From the NCBI GenBank assembly GCA_903923175.1, contig CAIXWQ010001095.1, forward strand, positions 1 through 55,466: a DNA stretch of 55,466 nucleotides, written 5' to 3'. Source of the stretch: an uncultured delta proteobacterium (lineage in GTDB: Bacteria; Myxococcota_A; Polyangia; Polyangiales; JADJMO01). Below, piece by piece: positions 36,389 to 44,808 of this stretch. Both the position numbers and the translations under genes were made by a program. The notes beneath the pieces are model-generated. The model had not been told where the DNA came from. It saw only the letters and a program-made list of their open reading frames with translations, and did not search any database. Position 1 is the stretch's first letter, and each line of letters opens with the position of its first letter.

Positions 36389-37533
36389 TGCGCGCTCGAC
36401 GGAGCTTCCGCCACGCGTCGCCTGCGGTGGCGCTCCTCCTCGCGACGGCCGCCGTCGGCCTCGCGCCGGCCTGCGTCGCCGTGCGCACGTGGGACGGCGC
36501 GGCGCTCGGCCTCGCGGCCTGCGACGCCACCCAGACGCAGCCCGGCGAGGCGTGCGTCCCGCCGCACGCGAAGTCCTGCAAGGCGCTGCCCGCGAGCTGC
36601 GGCGCGAACGAGAGCTGCTGCGCGACGATCCTCGTGCCCGGCGGGACCTTCGTGCGAGGCTACGACCCGAGCGGCGCCGACAAGATGGTCGTGAACGGAA
36701 CGCCCACGAAGGTGGTCGGTTACCAGGCCGGCGAGCCCGCGGCCGCGACCGCGACGATGCTCCCGTTCTTCCTCGACAAGTACGAGGTCAGCGTCGGCCG
36801 CTTCCGGGCGTTCCTCGCCGAGTACGACGCGTGGGTCGTCGATCAGCCGAAGAACGACGACGGCGCCAACGAGTACTGGCCGAGCACGGGCTGGCACCAG
36901 GGCGACTGGAAGTCGAAGCTGCCGACGACCGCCGCGGAGCTGGTCGCTCGCTTCGACACGAGCTCCGGCAGCACCTGCGGCCAGACCACCTGGAGCGCGA
37001 CGCCCGCCGGCGACGCGACCGAGAACCTCCCCGTGAGCTGCGTCGACTGGTACGAGGCCTTCGCGTTCTGCATCTGGGACGGCGGCCGGCTGCCGACCGA
37101 GGCCGAGTGGAACTACGCCGCCGCGGGCGGCGCGAAGCAGCGCGCGTTCCCCTGGTCGGACCCTCCGGGAGATCTGACCATCCAGGACGGCTTCGCGAAC
37201 GTGAAGCTCGCGAGCGAGCCGGACTTCGCCCTCGTGGGGAGCCTCACCGGGCACGACGCGCTCTGGGGGCACGCCGACCTCGCGGGCAACGTCTGGGAGT
37301 GGGTCTTCGACTCCGCGACGGCGCCCACGCTCGACGGCTACTACGCCCAGAGCCCGTGCACCCACTGCGCTGACTTCACCTGGCAGGCGGCCAACGACTT
37401 CCGCATCATGCGCGGCGGCTCGAAGCGCTACTTCCCGTTCGCCGCGCGCACGGCCTTCCGGCTCGCGCCCAAGGCCGATCAGAAATACGGCGACATGGGC
37501 TTCCGCTGCGCCCGCGCGAAGGCGCAGCCCTGA
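36388..37533 (+). CDS. FGE-sulfatase (SUMF1-like, C-type-lectin fold) domain lipoprotein
   Basis: VPGGTFVRG, FFLDKYEVSVGRF, PVSCVDWYEA.AFC.W.GGRLPTEAEW, DLAGNVWEW, RGGS, GFRCAR; TGATG overlap with the upstream gene. Confidence 0.88.
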   Translation: MRARRSFRHASPAVALLLATAAVGLAPACVAVRTWDGAALGLAACDATQTQPGEACVPPHAKSCKALPASCGANESCCATILVPGGTFVRGYDPSGADKMVVNGTPTKVVGYQAGEPAAATATMLPFFLDKYEVSVGRFRAFLAEYDAWVVDQPKNDDGANEYWPSTGWHQGDWKSKLPTTAAELVARFDTSSGSTCGQTTWSATPAGDATENLPVSCVDWYEAFAFCIWDGGRLPTEAEWNYAAAGGAKQRAFPWSDPPGDLTIQDGFANVKLASEPDFALVGSLTGHDALWGHADLAGNVWEWVFDSATAPTLDGYYAQSPCTHCADFTWQAANDFRIMRGGSKRYFPFAARTAFRLAPKADQKYGDMGFRCARAKAQP

Positions 37534-37551
37534 CGCCGCGGGGCACCGCGC

Positions 37552-38949
37552 TCAGTGCGCGCAGCGCCCGCCGCTGGTGTTGACCCCGGTGAACTGGCAG
37601 GTGCCCGGCGCCCCGCCGGTCGGGTTGCAGCAGTAGTCCCAATTGCAGGAGTGGCCGCAGCTGCCGCAGTTGCTGCTGTCGTTCGTCGTGTCCACGCACG
37701 TCCCGCCGCACGTCGTGCCGGCGCAGGCGCCCGCGCACGATCCGCTCGTGCACATCCCGGGGAGCGGAGGGAAGCCGCCGCCCGGCGGGCACACCGTCGC
37801 GCAGGCGCCGCAGTTGAAGGCGTCGGTCTGCAGGTTCACGCAGACGCCGCCGCAGCTCGTGAAGCCCGTCGCGCAGCCGGTCACGACGCAGCTGCCCGCC
37901 TGGCACGCGCGCGTCGTCGTGGGGTCGCTCGCGCAGGGGGTGCCGCAGGCGCCGCAGTTCGCCGCGTCGCTCCCCTTCACGTTCGTCTCGCAGCTCCCAT
38001 CCGCGCTCGCGTCGCAATTGGCGTAGCCCGCTTTGCAGGTCGCCGCGCAGCTCCCCGAGGCGCAGCTCGCCGTCGCGTTCGCCGGTGCGGCGCACGCCTT
38101 GCCGCACGCGCCGCAATTCGCGAGGTCGCTCCGCGCGTCGATCTCGCAGCCGGTCGAGGCCTTGGCGTCGCAGTCGAGGAAGCCGGTGGTGCAGCTCGAG
38201 ATCGCGCACGCGCTCGCCGCGCAGCTCGCGCTCGCGACGTGTGGCGCGGACGCGCACGAGGCTCCGCACGCGCCGCAGTTGGCAGCGTCGCTGGTGAGAT
38301 CGGTCTTGCAGGAGCCGGCTGGATCGCCGGCGCACGTCGCCTTGCCGCTCGCGCAGGGCGGCTGGCAGCTGCCGTTGGTGCACACGAGGCCGGCGCCGCA
38401 CGCGGCGCTGCAGGCGCCGCAGTTGCGCGCGTCGTGCTGCAGATCGGTCTCGCACCCGGGCGTCGCGGCGTCGCAGTCCGCGTAGCCGGTCGCGCAGACC
38501 GCGCTGCAGGCGCCGCCCGCGCAGGCCGCGACCTGGTTCGCGGCGACGGGGCACGCGTCGCAGCGCGCGCCGCAGTGGGCCGGGTCGTCGTCGGCGACGC
38601 ATGCACCGGCGCAGCAGTGCTTCGCCGCGCCGCACGCGTTGCCGTCGGAGCCGCTCGGACACGGCGGCGGGGGCGCTTCCTCCGCCGTGTCGCTCGCCTC
38701 GCTCACGCTCGTGTCGTCGCCGCCGCCGTCCGAGGCCGTGTCCGGCGGGTCCGTCTCTGCGGTCGACGCGTCCGACGCGTCCGACGCGTCGTCGCCCGCC
38801 GAGGGGCTCACGCACTGCCCCGACACGTCGCAATACGTCCCCGAGCCGCACGTGCCGCCGCACGCCGACTGCACGCAGGCCGCGGCCGAGGCGCCCGCCG
38901 CGGTGACGAGACCGAGCCACAAACACGCGCAAATACGGCCCAAACGCAT
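37552..38949 (-). CDS. Secreted Cys-rich repeat protein (Stig1-like DxxNCGxCxxxC repeats)
   Basis: DPAHCGARC, DARNCGACSAAC, DAANCGACGASC, DLANCGACGKAC, DAANCGACGTPC, DAFNCGACATVC, DSSNCGSCGHSC; N-terminal signal peptide. Confidence 0.85.
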   Translation of the reverse strand: MRLGRICACLWLGLVTAAGASAAACVQSACGGTCGSGTYCDVSGQCVSPSAGDDASDASDASTAETDPPDTASDGGGDDTSVSEASDTAEEAPPPPCPSGSDGNACGAAKHCCAGACVADDDPAHCGARCDACPVAANQVAACAGGACSAVCATGYADCDAATPGCETDLQHDARNCGACSAACGAGLVCTNGSCQPPCASGKATCAGDPAGSCKTDLTSDAANCGACGASCASAPHVASASCAASACAISSCTTGFLDCDAKASTGCEIDARSDLANCGACGKACAAPANATASCASGSCAATCKAGYANCDASADGSCETNVKGSDAANCGACGTPCASDPTTTRACQAGSCVVTGCATGFTSCGGVCVNLQTDAFNCGACATVCPPGGGFPPLPGMCTSGSCAGACAGTTCGGTCVDTTNDSSNCGSCGHSCNWDYCCNPTGGAPGTCQFTGVNTSGGRCAH

Positions 38950-39123
38950 GGTTCGAAGATACGGGGGGCCGGTACTCGCCCGAAAGACGAGGGCGCATCA
39001 AAAAGAGGCATACCGGACGATCTCGGCTCGACGGGAGCGAGGCTCCGGGCCGTGCGCGGCCGCCGCGAGCACGGCGAAAGCGCTGCGCCCGCCGGGCACC
39101 TGCCGCGGCATACTGCGCCGCGC

Positions 39124-39873
39124 TTGGACTACCGAATCGAGGAGCTCGCCGAGGCCGCCGGCACCACCGTCCGCAACGTGCGGGCGTACCAGGACCGCGG
39201 GCTCTTGCCGGCGCCGCGACGCGATGGCCGCGTCGCCTACTACTCGGAGGAGCACCTCGGCCGGCTGCGGCTGATCGGGATGCTCCTCGAGCGCGGCTAC
39301 TCGCTAGGCAACATCGCCGAGCTGGTGAAGACCTGGGAGACGGGCGGCGATCTGCGCGAGCTGCTCGGCTTCGAGGTCGCGGTCACCAGCCCCTTCGACG
39401 ACGAGCTGCCGGCCTGGATCGATCTCGCCGAGCTGACGGAGCTGTTCGGCACCCTCGACCCCGCCGCGGTGCTGCGCGCGACCGAGCTCGGGCTGCTCGA
39501 GCTCGACGGCGCGAGGCTCAAGGTGCGCAGCATGCGCGTGCTGCGAGCGGGGGCGGATCTGCACCGGGCCGGCGTGCCGTTGCCGGCGCTGCTCGACGAG
39601 CTCGAGGCGCTGCGCGACGACGTCGACCGCATCGGCAAGCGCTTCGTGCGGCTGGTGGTGCGGCAGATCTTCGACCGGCTGGGACCCGACATGCCGCCGC
39701 CCAAGGAGGCGCAGCGGCTCGCGGACATGATCCGCCGCGTGCGCCCTCTCGCCGAGGTCGTGGTCGACGCCGAGCTCGCTCGCTCGCTGGAGCGCCACAT
39801 CCGCGCCGGGCTGGGCGATCGGCTCGATCGGCTGCTCGCGCGGTCCAAGAAGCGCCGCCCTTCGGCGCCCTAA
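39124..39873 (+). CDS. MerR-family transcriptional regulator
   Basis: (L)DYRIEELAEAAGTTVRNVRAYQDRGLLPAPRRDGRVAYYSEEHLGRLRLI...ERGYSL; TTG start inferred. Confidence 0.9.
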   Translation: MDYRIEELAEAAGTTVRNVRAYQDRGLLPAPRRDGRVAYYSEEHLGRLRLIGMLLERGYSLGNIAELVKTWETGGDLRELLGFEVAVTSPFDDELPAWIDLAELTELFGTLDPAAVLRATELGLLELDGARLKVRSMRVLRAGADLHRAGVPLPALLDELEALRDDVDRIGKRFVRLVVRQIFDRLGPDMPPPKEAQRLADMIRRVRPLAEVVVDAELARSLERHIRAGLGDRLDRLLARSKKRRPSAP

Positions 39874-39874
39874 C

Positions 39875-39903
39875 GTTGACATCGTGCGATGGCAACGTAG
39901 CTT
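39875..39903 (+). promoter_or_regulatory. Sigma70 promoter with overlapping 22-bp palindromic operator
   Basis: TTGACA (39876-39881), 16 bp, TAGCTT (39898-39903). Palindrome GTTGACATCG-TG-CGATGGCAAC (39875-39896, 1 mismatch). Confidence 0.75.
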
Positions 39904-39948
39904 CCTGGGATGGCGACGACGCGTCGCCGCTCCCCGAGGAGGCCACCC

Positions 39949-40767
39949 ATGCAGGCTCGTCCGCTCGAGATCCGGAACCTCCGCTTCGACCTCGGCGCCG
40001 CGGTGCCGCGCCACTGGCACGGCGGCAGGCGCTCGCTGACGGCGTTCTTCGACGGCCTCTCGATCTTCTTCCCCGAGGGGGAGCGCTTCTTCGTGAAGAG
40101 CGTCCGCGCGCACGCGAAGGTCGTGAAGGATCCGGCGCTCAAGCGCGACGTGAACGGCTTCTGCGGCCAGGAGGGGATCCACAGCCGCGAGCACGAGCGC
40201 TACAACGAGATGCTCCGCGCCAAGGGCTACCCGGTCGACGAGCTCGAGCGGAAGGTCGCGCGGATCCTGGCCGTGGTCTCGCGCGTCCTGCCGGAGCGCC
40301 TGCAGCTCGCGGCGACGTGCGCGCTCGAGCACTTCACCGCGCTCATGGGGCACATGCTGCTCGGCGATCCGCGCTTGCTCGCGGGGGCGCACCCGGAGAT
40401 GGCGACGCTCTGGCGCTGGCACGCGGCCGAGGAGAACGAGCACAAGTCGCTCGCGTTCGACGTGTACCTCGCCGCCGGCGGCAACGATCTCGAGCGCTCG
40501 GCGGTGATGCTCGCCGCCACGGTGATCTTCTGGGCGAAGGTGCTGGAGCACCAGGCGCGCTTCATGGCCGCCGACGGCGTGGCCTTCTCGCCGCGCGAGT
40601 GGTGGGCGCTCGGCTGGTTCCTCTTCGGCGATCCGGGCGGGATGCGGAGGCTGATCCCGCTGTACCTGCAGTACTACCGCCCCGGGTTCCACCCCCGCGA
40701 CATCGACGACGGCGGGCTGCTCGACGCCTGGCGAGCGGCCTACGAGGTCGCGGCCAAGGCGGCGTGA
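39949..40767 (+). CDS. Predicted metal-dependent hydrolase (PF10118-like, ferritin-like di-metal motifs)
   Basis: FPEGERFF, QEGIHSREH, ALEHFTA, WHAAEENEHKSLAFDVY; AGGAGG SD at 39937-39942 favours ATG 39949 over 39910. Confidence 0.85.
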   Translation: MQARPLEIRNLRFDLGAAVPRHWHGGRRSLTAFFDGLSIFFPEGERFFVKSVRAHAKVVKDPALKRDVNGFCGQEGIHSREHERYNEMLRAKGYPVDELERKVARILAVVSRVLPERLQLAATCALEHFTALMGHMLLGDPRLLAGAHPEMATLWRWHAAEENEHKSLAFDVYLAAGGNDLERSAVMLAATVIFWAKVLEHQARFMAADGVAFSPREWWALGWFLFGDPGGMRRLIPLYLQYYRPGFHPRDIDDGGLLDAWRAAYEVAAKAA

Positions 40768-40813
40768 GGCGTCGGGCGCGGCGTCGGGCGCGCCGCGCGG
40801 CCCCGGGGCCACC

Positions 40814-42010
40814 TCAGAACGCGTACGAGAGCCCGAGCCCGAAGCCCGGGCCGCCGCTGTGGAAGTCGCGCGCCTGGTAGGAGACGCGGCCGACCAGCGA
40901 GAAGCCCGCGCCGATCTTGCCGGCCCCCTCGACGAGGAGCCGCAGGCCGGTCTTCTGCGCGTGCGGCATGTCGGTGACCTCGATGGTCGGGCTGACGCGC
41001 CAGGCGTCGTGGCGGGCCAGATCGAGGCGCACGTAGCCGCGCGTGCCGAAGGTCTTGATGCTCTCGACGCCGACGACGAGCTTCTCGCCGAAGTAGTCGC
41101 CGATGTGGACGGCGACGCCGCCGCCGCCCGAGAAGCCGACCTCGGTGACGCTGGTGAGGGCCTCGACCGTGACGGCGAGCCCGTCGATGATCGCGAAGGT
41201 GCCGTGCGCGGCGCCGTAGTTGAGGCCGACGCTGTCGTCGGCGGGGTTGGGCCGCGCCGCGTTGCCGCGCACGATGCCGATGCGCACGCCGAAATCGATG
41301 ACGGCGATCAGCGGGCGATAGGTGTAGCCGGCCTCGGTGCGGAAGTAGTAGTCGGAGACCTTCTCGGTCTGCGCCTGCGCGAGCCCGCCGGTGCGATCGG
41401 TCTGCCCGAACGAGACGTAGTCGGCCGACGCGAACACCTCGCTGCGCTTGCCGCCCAGGCGGCTCAGCCAGGCCCCCTCGCGGGTGTCGGTGAGGTCCTC
41501 GGCGATGCCCACCACGAACGGCGCCTCGCGGCTCGCGAAGGCGCTGGCGCGCGCGCCGTCGTGGCGGACGACCTCGATGGTGTACGCGACGCTCGGCGCC
41601 TGGACGTCCTCGGCGGGGATCTCCGCGAGCCAGTGCTCGTTGGCGAGCTGGAAGGGGACCTCCTTGAACGCGCCGTCGCCGACGCGGTACGCGAGGACGA
41701 TCTGCTTCGCGAGGTGCGGGTCCTCGACGTCGGCCTGGATGCGCAGGGCCTCGTGGGCCGTCGCGCTCGAGGGCGGGGCGTGGTGCACGCGCGCGTCGAT
41801 CCGCGACACGTTCGGCGCGCTGGAGGTCGCCGCGCTCGGAGCGCTCGGCGCGCCGGGCCCGGTCGTCGTGGGGATCGCGCTCGGCGCGGGCGGGACGGGG
41901 ATCGAGACCGTCTCCTCGGCGCGGCCCGCCGTCGCGACGAGCAGGCTCGCCAGCGACGCCAGCGCGATCATCGCGTGCTGCGTTCGGTGCTTCGACGTGA
42001 GCGTTACCAT
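40814..42010 (-). CDS. Secreted Ig-like + putative outer-membrane beta-barrel protein (paralog B)
   Basis: Signal peptide; Ig-like HHAPP...LAYR...WLAEIP...VAYTIEV; amphipathic strands ending GLGLSYAF; ATG overlaps the upstream gene's stop region; GGGAG SD. Confidence 0.7.
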   Translation of the reverse strand: MVTLTSKHRTQHAMIALASLASLLVATAGRAEETVSIPVPPAPSAIPTTTGPGAPSAPSAATSSAPNVSRIDARVHHAPPSSATAHEALRIQADVEDPHLAKQIVLAYRVGDGAFKEVPFQLANEHWLAEIPAEDVQAPSVAYTIEVVRHDGARASAFASREAPFVVGIAEDLTDTREGAWLSRLGGKRSEVFASADYVSFGQTDRTGGLAQAQTEKVSDYYFRTEAGYTYRPLIAVIDFGVRIGIVRGNAARPNPADDSVGLNYGAAHGTFAIIDGLAVTVEALTSVTEVGFSGGGGVAVHIGDYFGEKLVVGVESIKTFGTRGYVRLDLARHDAWRVSPTIEVTDMPHAQKTGLRLLVEGAGKIGAGFSLVGRVSYQARDFHSGGPGFGLGLSYAF

Positions 42011-43752
42011 GAGAACGTCACTCCCATGCCGGCGCCGGGGCCGGAGTGGACGATGTTGCGCCCCTGGTACGAGCCCCGCAGGTACCAGGCGATGTTCTTC
42101 GACTGCCGGAAGCCGAACTGCACGATCGCGCGCACGCCGACGTCGGCCGCGGCGCCCGAGGGGACGACCGCGTTCTTGCCGGTCCCGGTCGTCTGATTCG
42201 CGAGGTCCGACGCGCTCGGCGTGACGCCGGCGGGCTGGTTGGTGACCTCGGTGCGCACCATGATCGGGAAGCGCGGGAACATGTTCAGCTCGATCTGCGT
42301 GATCCCTCGCAGGCCGATGCCGCCCAGGAATTCGCCGCCGATCATCAGGTTGGTGGCCTTGTCGTTGCCGAGGCGCACGAACACCTGGCCGCCGCCGTCG
42401 AGCCCGTTCTGACCGAGGCCGATCACGGCGCGGGTCACGAGCCCCCAGAAGTGGGTGAGCCCCCACTCCGCCTCGAGGAAGCCGTAGGTGAGCCCGACCT
42501 CGCGCGACGAGATCCCGAGCTTGTCGAGATCGTCGACCGAGCCGCCGTAGCCGCGGTAGACGCCGAGCCCCGAGCGCACCGCGCGCAGCCCCACGTCCTC
42601 GATGCGCATGCCGAAGTAGCCCTCGACCTGCAGCGCGTGATCGCCGCCCTTGTCGTTCGCGCGCAGGCGGTTGTAGTCGGCGTAGTCCATCCACAGCGCC
42701 GCGGTCGCCTCGTGCGGCTTCGGCGTCGAGGGGTTCATCGGCTCGACGATCTTCACCTCGCGCGGCGTGGCGGGGTCGCCCACGATCGCGACGGCCTTGC
42801 CGGAGGGGAGCACCCCCTGCACGAACCAGCGCAGCCGCGCGCCGGTCACGCGCGTCTCGGGGAGCGTCGCGACCCAGTAGCGCGGGCCGGCCGCCGTCAT
42901 CGTGATCGGCTGGAACGAGGCCTCGTCGTCGATCGCGCCGTAGAACACCGCGCCGGCGACGGGGCCGACCAGCTCGAGGCCGATCGACGCCGGGCGCCCT
43001 TTGAGCAGCTCGGTCGGCGCGCTCGCCGAGAGCACCTCGATGGTGTCGGCCTTCTTCTCGACGCGCGGCTCGCCCGTCTCGCGCAGCGCCGCGGCCTCCT
43101 CGAGCACCACGCGCGCGAAGCGGCTCTTGGGGTGCGCCTTGGCCCACGCCTCGTAGCGAAGGACGCGCGTCTCGGGCGCCGCGCCGCTCAAGTTCTCGAA
43201 GAGGATCGAGAGCTCGGTCGCGTCCTCGTCCTCCTTGGGCTCCTTGCAGGGCTCCTTGATCACCGTGATCACGCCCGGGCCTGCGCTCGTCGGCGCGGTC
43301 GCGGTCGCGGTCGGCTTCGCGGTCGTCGTCGGCTTCGTGATCGGCGTCGGGAGCGGAGCCACCACCACCGGCGTCCTGCCCGCGATCGTCACGACGTCGC
43401 CGGTCTCGACCGGCCGCAGCAGCGTGCCGGTGGGGCGCGCGAGCGAGAGCACGTCGCGCGCTTGGGAGATCTTGAGCTCGCCGATCTTGAAGCGATCGGT
43501 GATGAGCTTCCCCGTCACGGGGTGCTTCACCTTCATGGGGCGCCAGAGCTCGACGACGTCGCCGTCGCCGACCCCCTTCGCCTTGCCGAGATCGACGACG
43601 ACGTCGCCGCCGTCGAGGAGCAGCACCGTCCCCTCGAGGGGTGCGCCCGTCTGGGCTGCCGAAGGGGTGGTCGCGACCAGGAGCGCGATCGCGAGCGCCG
43701 CCGATATCGCCGTCGCGCCGCGTGCGAGCCTGCCGAAGGTTCGATTCCGCAT
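42004..43752 (-). CDS. Secreted FlgT_C-like + Ig-like + putative outer-membrane beta-barrel protein (paralog A)
   Basis: Signal peptide; VVVDLGKAKGVGDGDVVELWRP...HPVTG (FlgT C-terminal-like); Pro/Thr linker; barrel-like region ending GMGVTFSW. Confidence 0.7.
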   Translation of the reverse strand: MRNRTFGRLARGATAISAALAIALLVATTPSAAQTGAPLEGTVLLLDGGDVVVDLGKAKGVGDGDVVELWRPMKVKHPVTGKLITDRFKIGELKISQARDVLSLARPTGTLLRPVETGDVVTIAGRTPVVVAPLPTPITKPTTTAKPTATATAPTSAGPGVITVIKEPCKEPKEDEDATELSILFENLSGAAPETRVLRYEAWAKAHPKSRFARVVLEEAAALRETGEPRVEKKADTIEVLSASAPTELLKGRPASIGLELVGPVAGAVFYGAIDDEASFQPITMTAAGPRYWVATLPETRVTGARLRWFVQGVLPSGKAVAIVGDPATPREVKIVEPMNPSTPKPHEATAALWMDYADYNRLRANDKGGDHALQVEGYFGMRIEDVGLRAVRSGLGVYRGYGGSVDDLDKLGISSREVGLTYGFLEAEWGLTHFWGLVTRAVIGLGQNGLDGGGQVFVRLGNDKATNLMIGGEFLGGIGLRGITQIELNMFPRFPIMVRTEVTNQPAGVTPSASDLANQTTGTGKNAVVPSGAAADVGVRAIVQFGFRQSKNIAWYLRGSYQGRNIVHSGPGAGMGVTFSW

Positions 43753-44010
43753 CGTGACTCGCCACTAGGCAATGGCCGCGCCAACCGAATTCTCCGCTTT
43801 TCCTTCGCCGAGGGCCGGCCAGGCCCGTGGAACTTTTGCGTCGGTGTGGCGCCGCGACATCGGTCGACCGGTCGGAAGGTCCGTCCGGCGCGCTCGCCGA
43901 TGGGCGTTCGTTCGCCTTCGGCGCGAAATCCAGGCGTCGACGACGCACGGCACACATTTCTTTGTGGCCAGGGCCGCCGCCGGGCGGTGCGACCTGGTAG
44001 GCTCCGCCGG

Positions 44011-44808
44011 ATGTCCCGGGGCAAATACGCCCTCTTCGCCCTCGCCATCCTCGCGGTCTCCGCGCGGCCCGCGCACGCGCGCGCCAAGGCGGAGGAAGAG
44101 GCGAAATCCGAAGAAGAGAAGCCGAAATCGCCGCACCAGCAGCAGGCGTTCCAGCACTTCCTGCGCGCCCAGGAGCTGTACAAGCTCGGTCGCTACCGCG
44201 AGGCCATCGCGCGCCTCGAGGCCGCGGTGAAGCTCGATCCCGACGCGGCGGACCTCTGGTACAACCTCGGCGTCGTCCACGAGAAGCTCGGCGACGCCGA
44301 CGAAGCCATCGCGGCCTACGAGCGCTACCTGAAGCTGCTCGGGCCCGACGCCGACGCCGAGGAGCTGAAGCGGATCCGCGGCTTCATCCAGCGGCTCAAG
44401 GGCGCGCGCACCGACCTGAAGGATCGCGAGGCGAAGCGCATGGAGCACCGCTTCACGCCGCTGACCAGCACGCTCGCCATCAGCTGCGCGATCTCGCTCG
44501 CGGCGACCGGCGTGTTCTCGTACCTCGCGCTGCACGACGACCGCGCCGCCCGCGATTTCCTGGTCGGCAGCGGCGGCTCGCTCAACGGGCGCGCCGCGCT
44601 CGTGAACCGCGCGCGCACCGAGGGGGTGCTCGCCGACGTCTTCGGCACGGTGGCCCTCGCCACCGGCACCGCGGCGTTCACGCTCTACTTCACCTCCGAG
44701 TTCGCCAAAGAGGACGACGTGCGCGAGCTGCCGCCGCGCAAGGTCGGCTGGCTCGGCGTGACGCCGCTCCCGGGCGGCGGCACGGTGCAGCTCGGGATGG
44801 TGTTCTAG
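44011..44808 (+). CDS. Secreted TPR protein
   Basis: Signal peptide; TPR AQELYKLGRYREAIARLEAAVKLDP...LWYNLGVVHEKLG..DEAIAAYERYL; two hydrophobic segments; ends QLGMVF. Confidence 0.85.
   Translation: MSRGKYALFALAILAVSARPAHARAKAEEEAKSEEEKPKSPHQQQAFQHFLRAQELYKLGRYREAIARLEAAVKLDPDAADLWYNLGVVHEKLGDADEAIAAYERYLKLLGPDADAEELKRIRGFIQRLKGARTDLKDREAKRMEHRFTPLTSTLAISCAISLAATGVFSYLALHDDRAARDFLVGSGGSLNGRAALVNRARTEGVLADVFGTVALATGTAAFTLYFTSEFAKEDDVRELPPRKVGWLGVTPLPGGGTVQLGMVF

Noticed and set aside
36388-37533. FGE-sulfatase/CLec gene as a diversity-generating retroelement target
   Set aside because: I found no reverse transcriptase gene and no second near-identical copy (template repeat) of its 3' end in the window.
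39898-39912. Leaderless start at ATG 39910
   Set aside because: A strong AGGAGG SD 6 nt before ATG 39949 fits better; 39910 is more likely the TSS.
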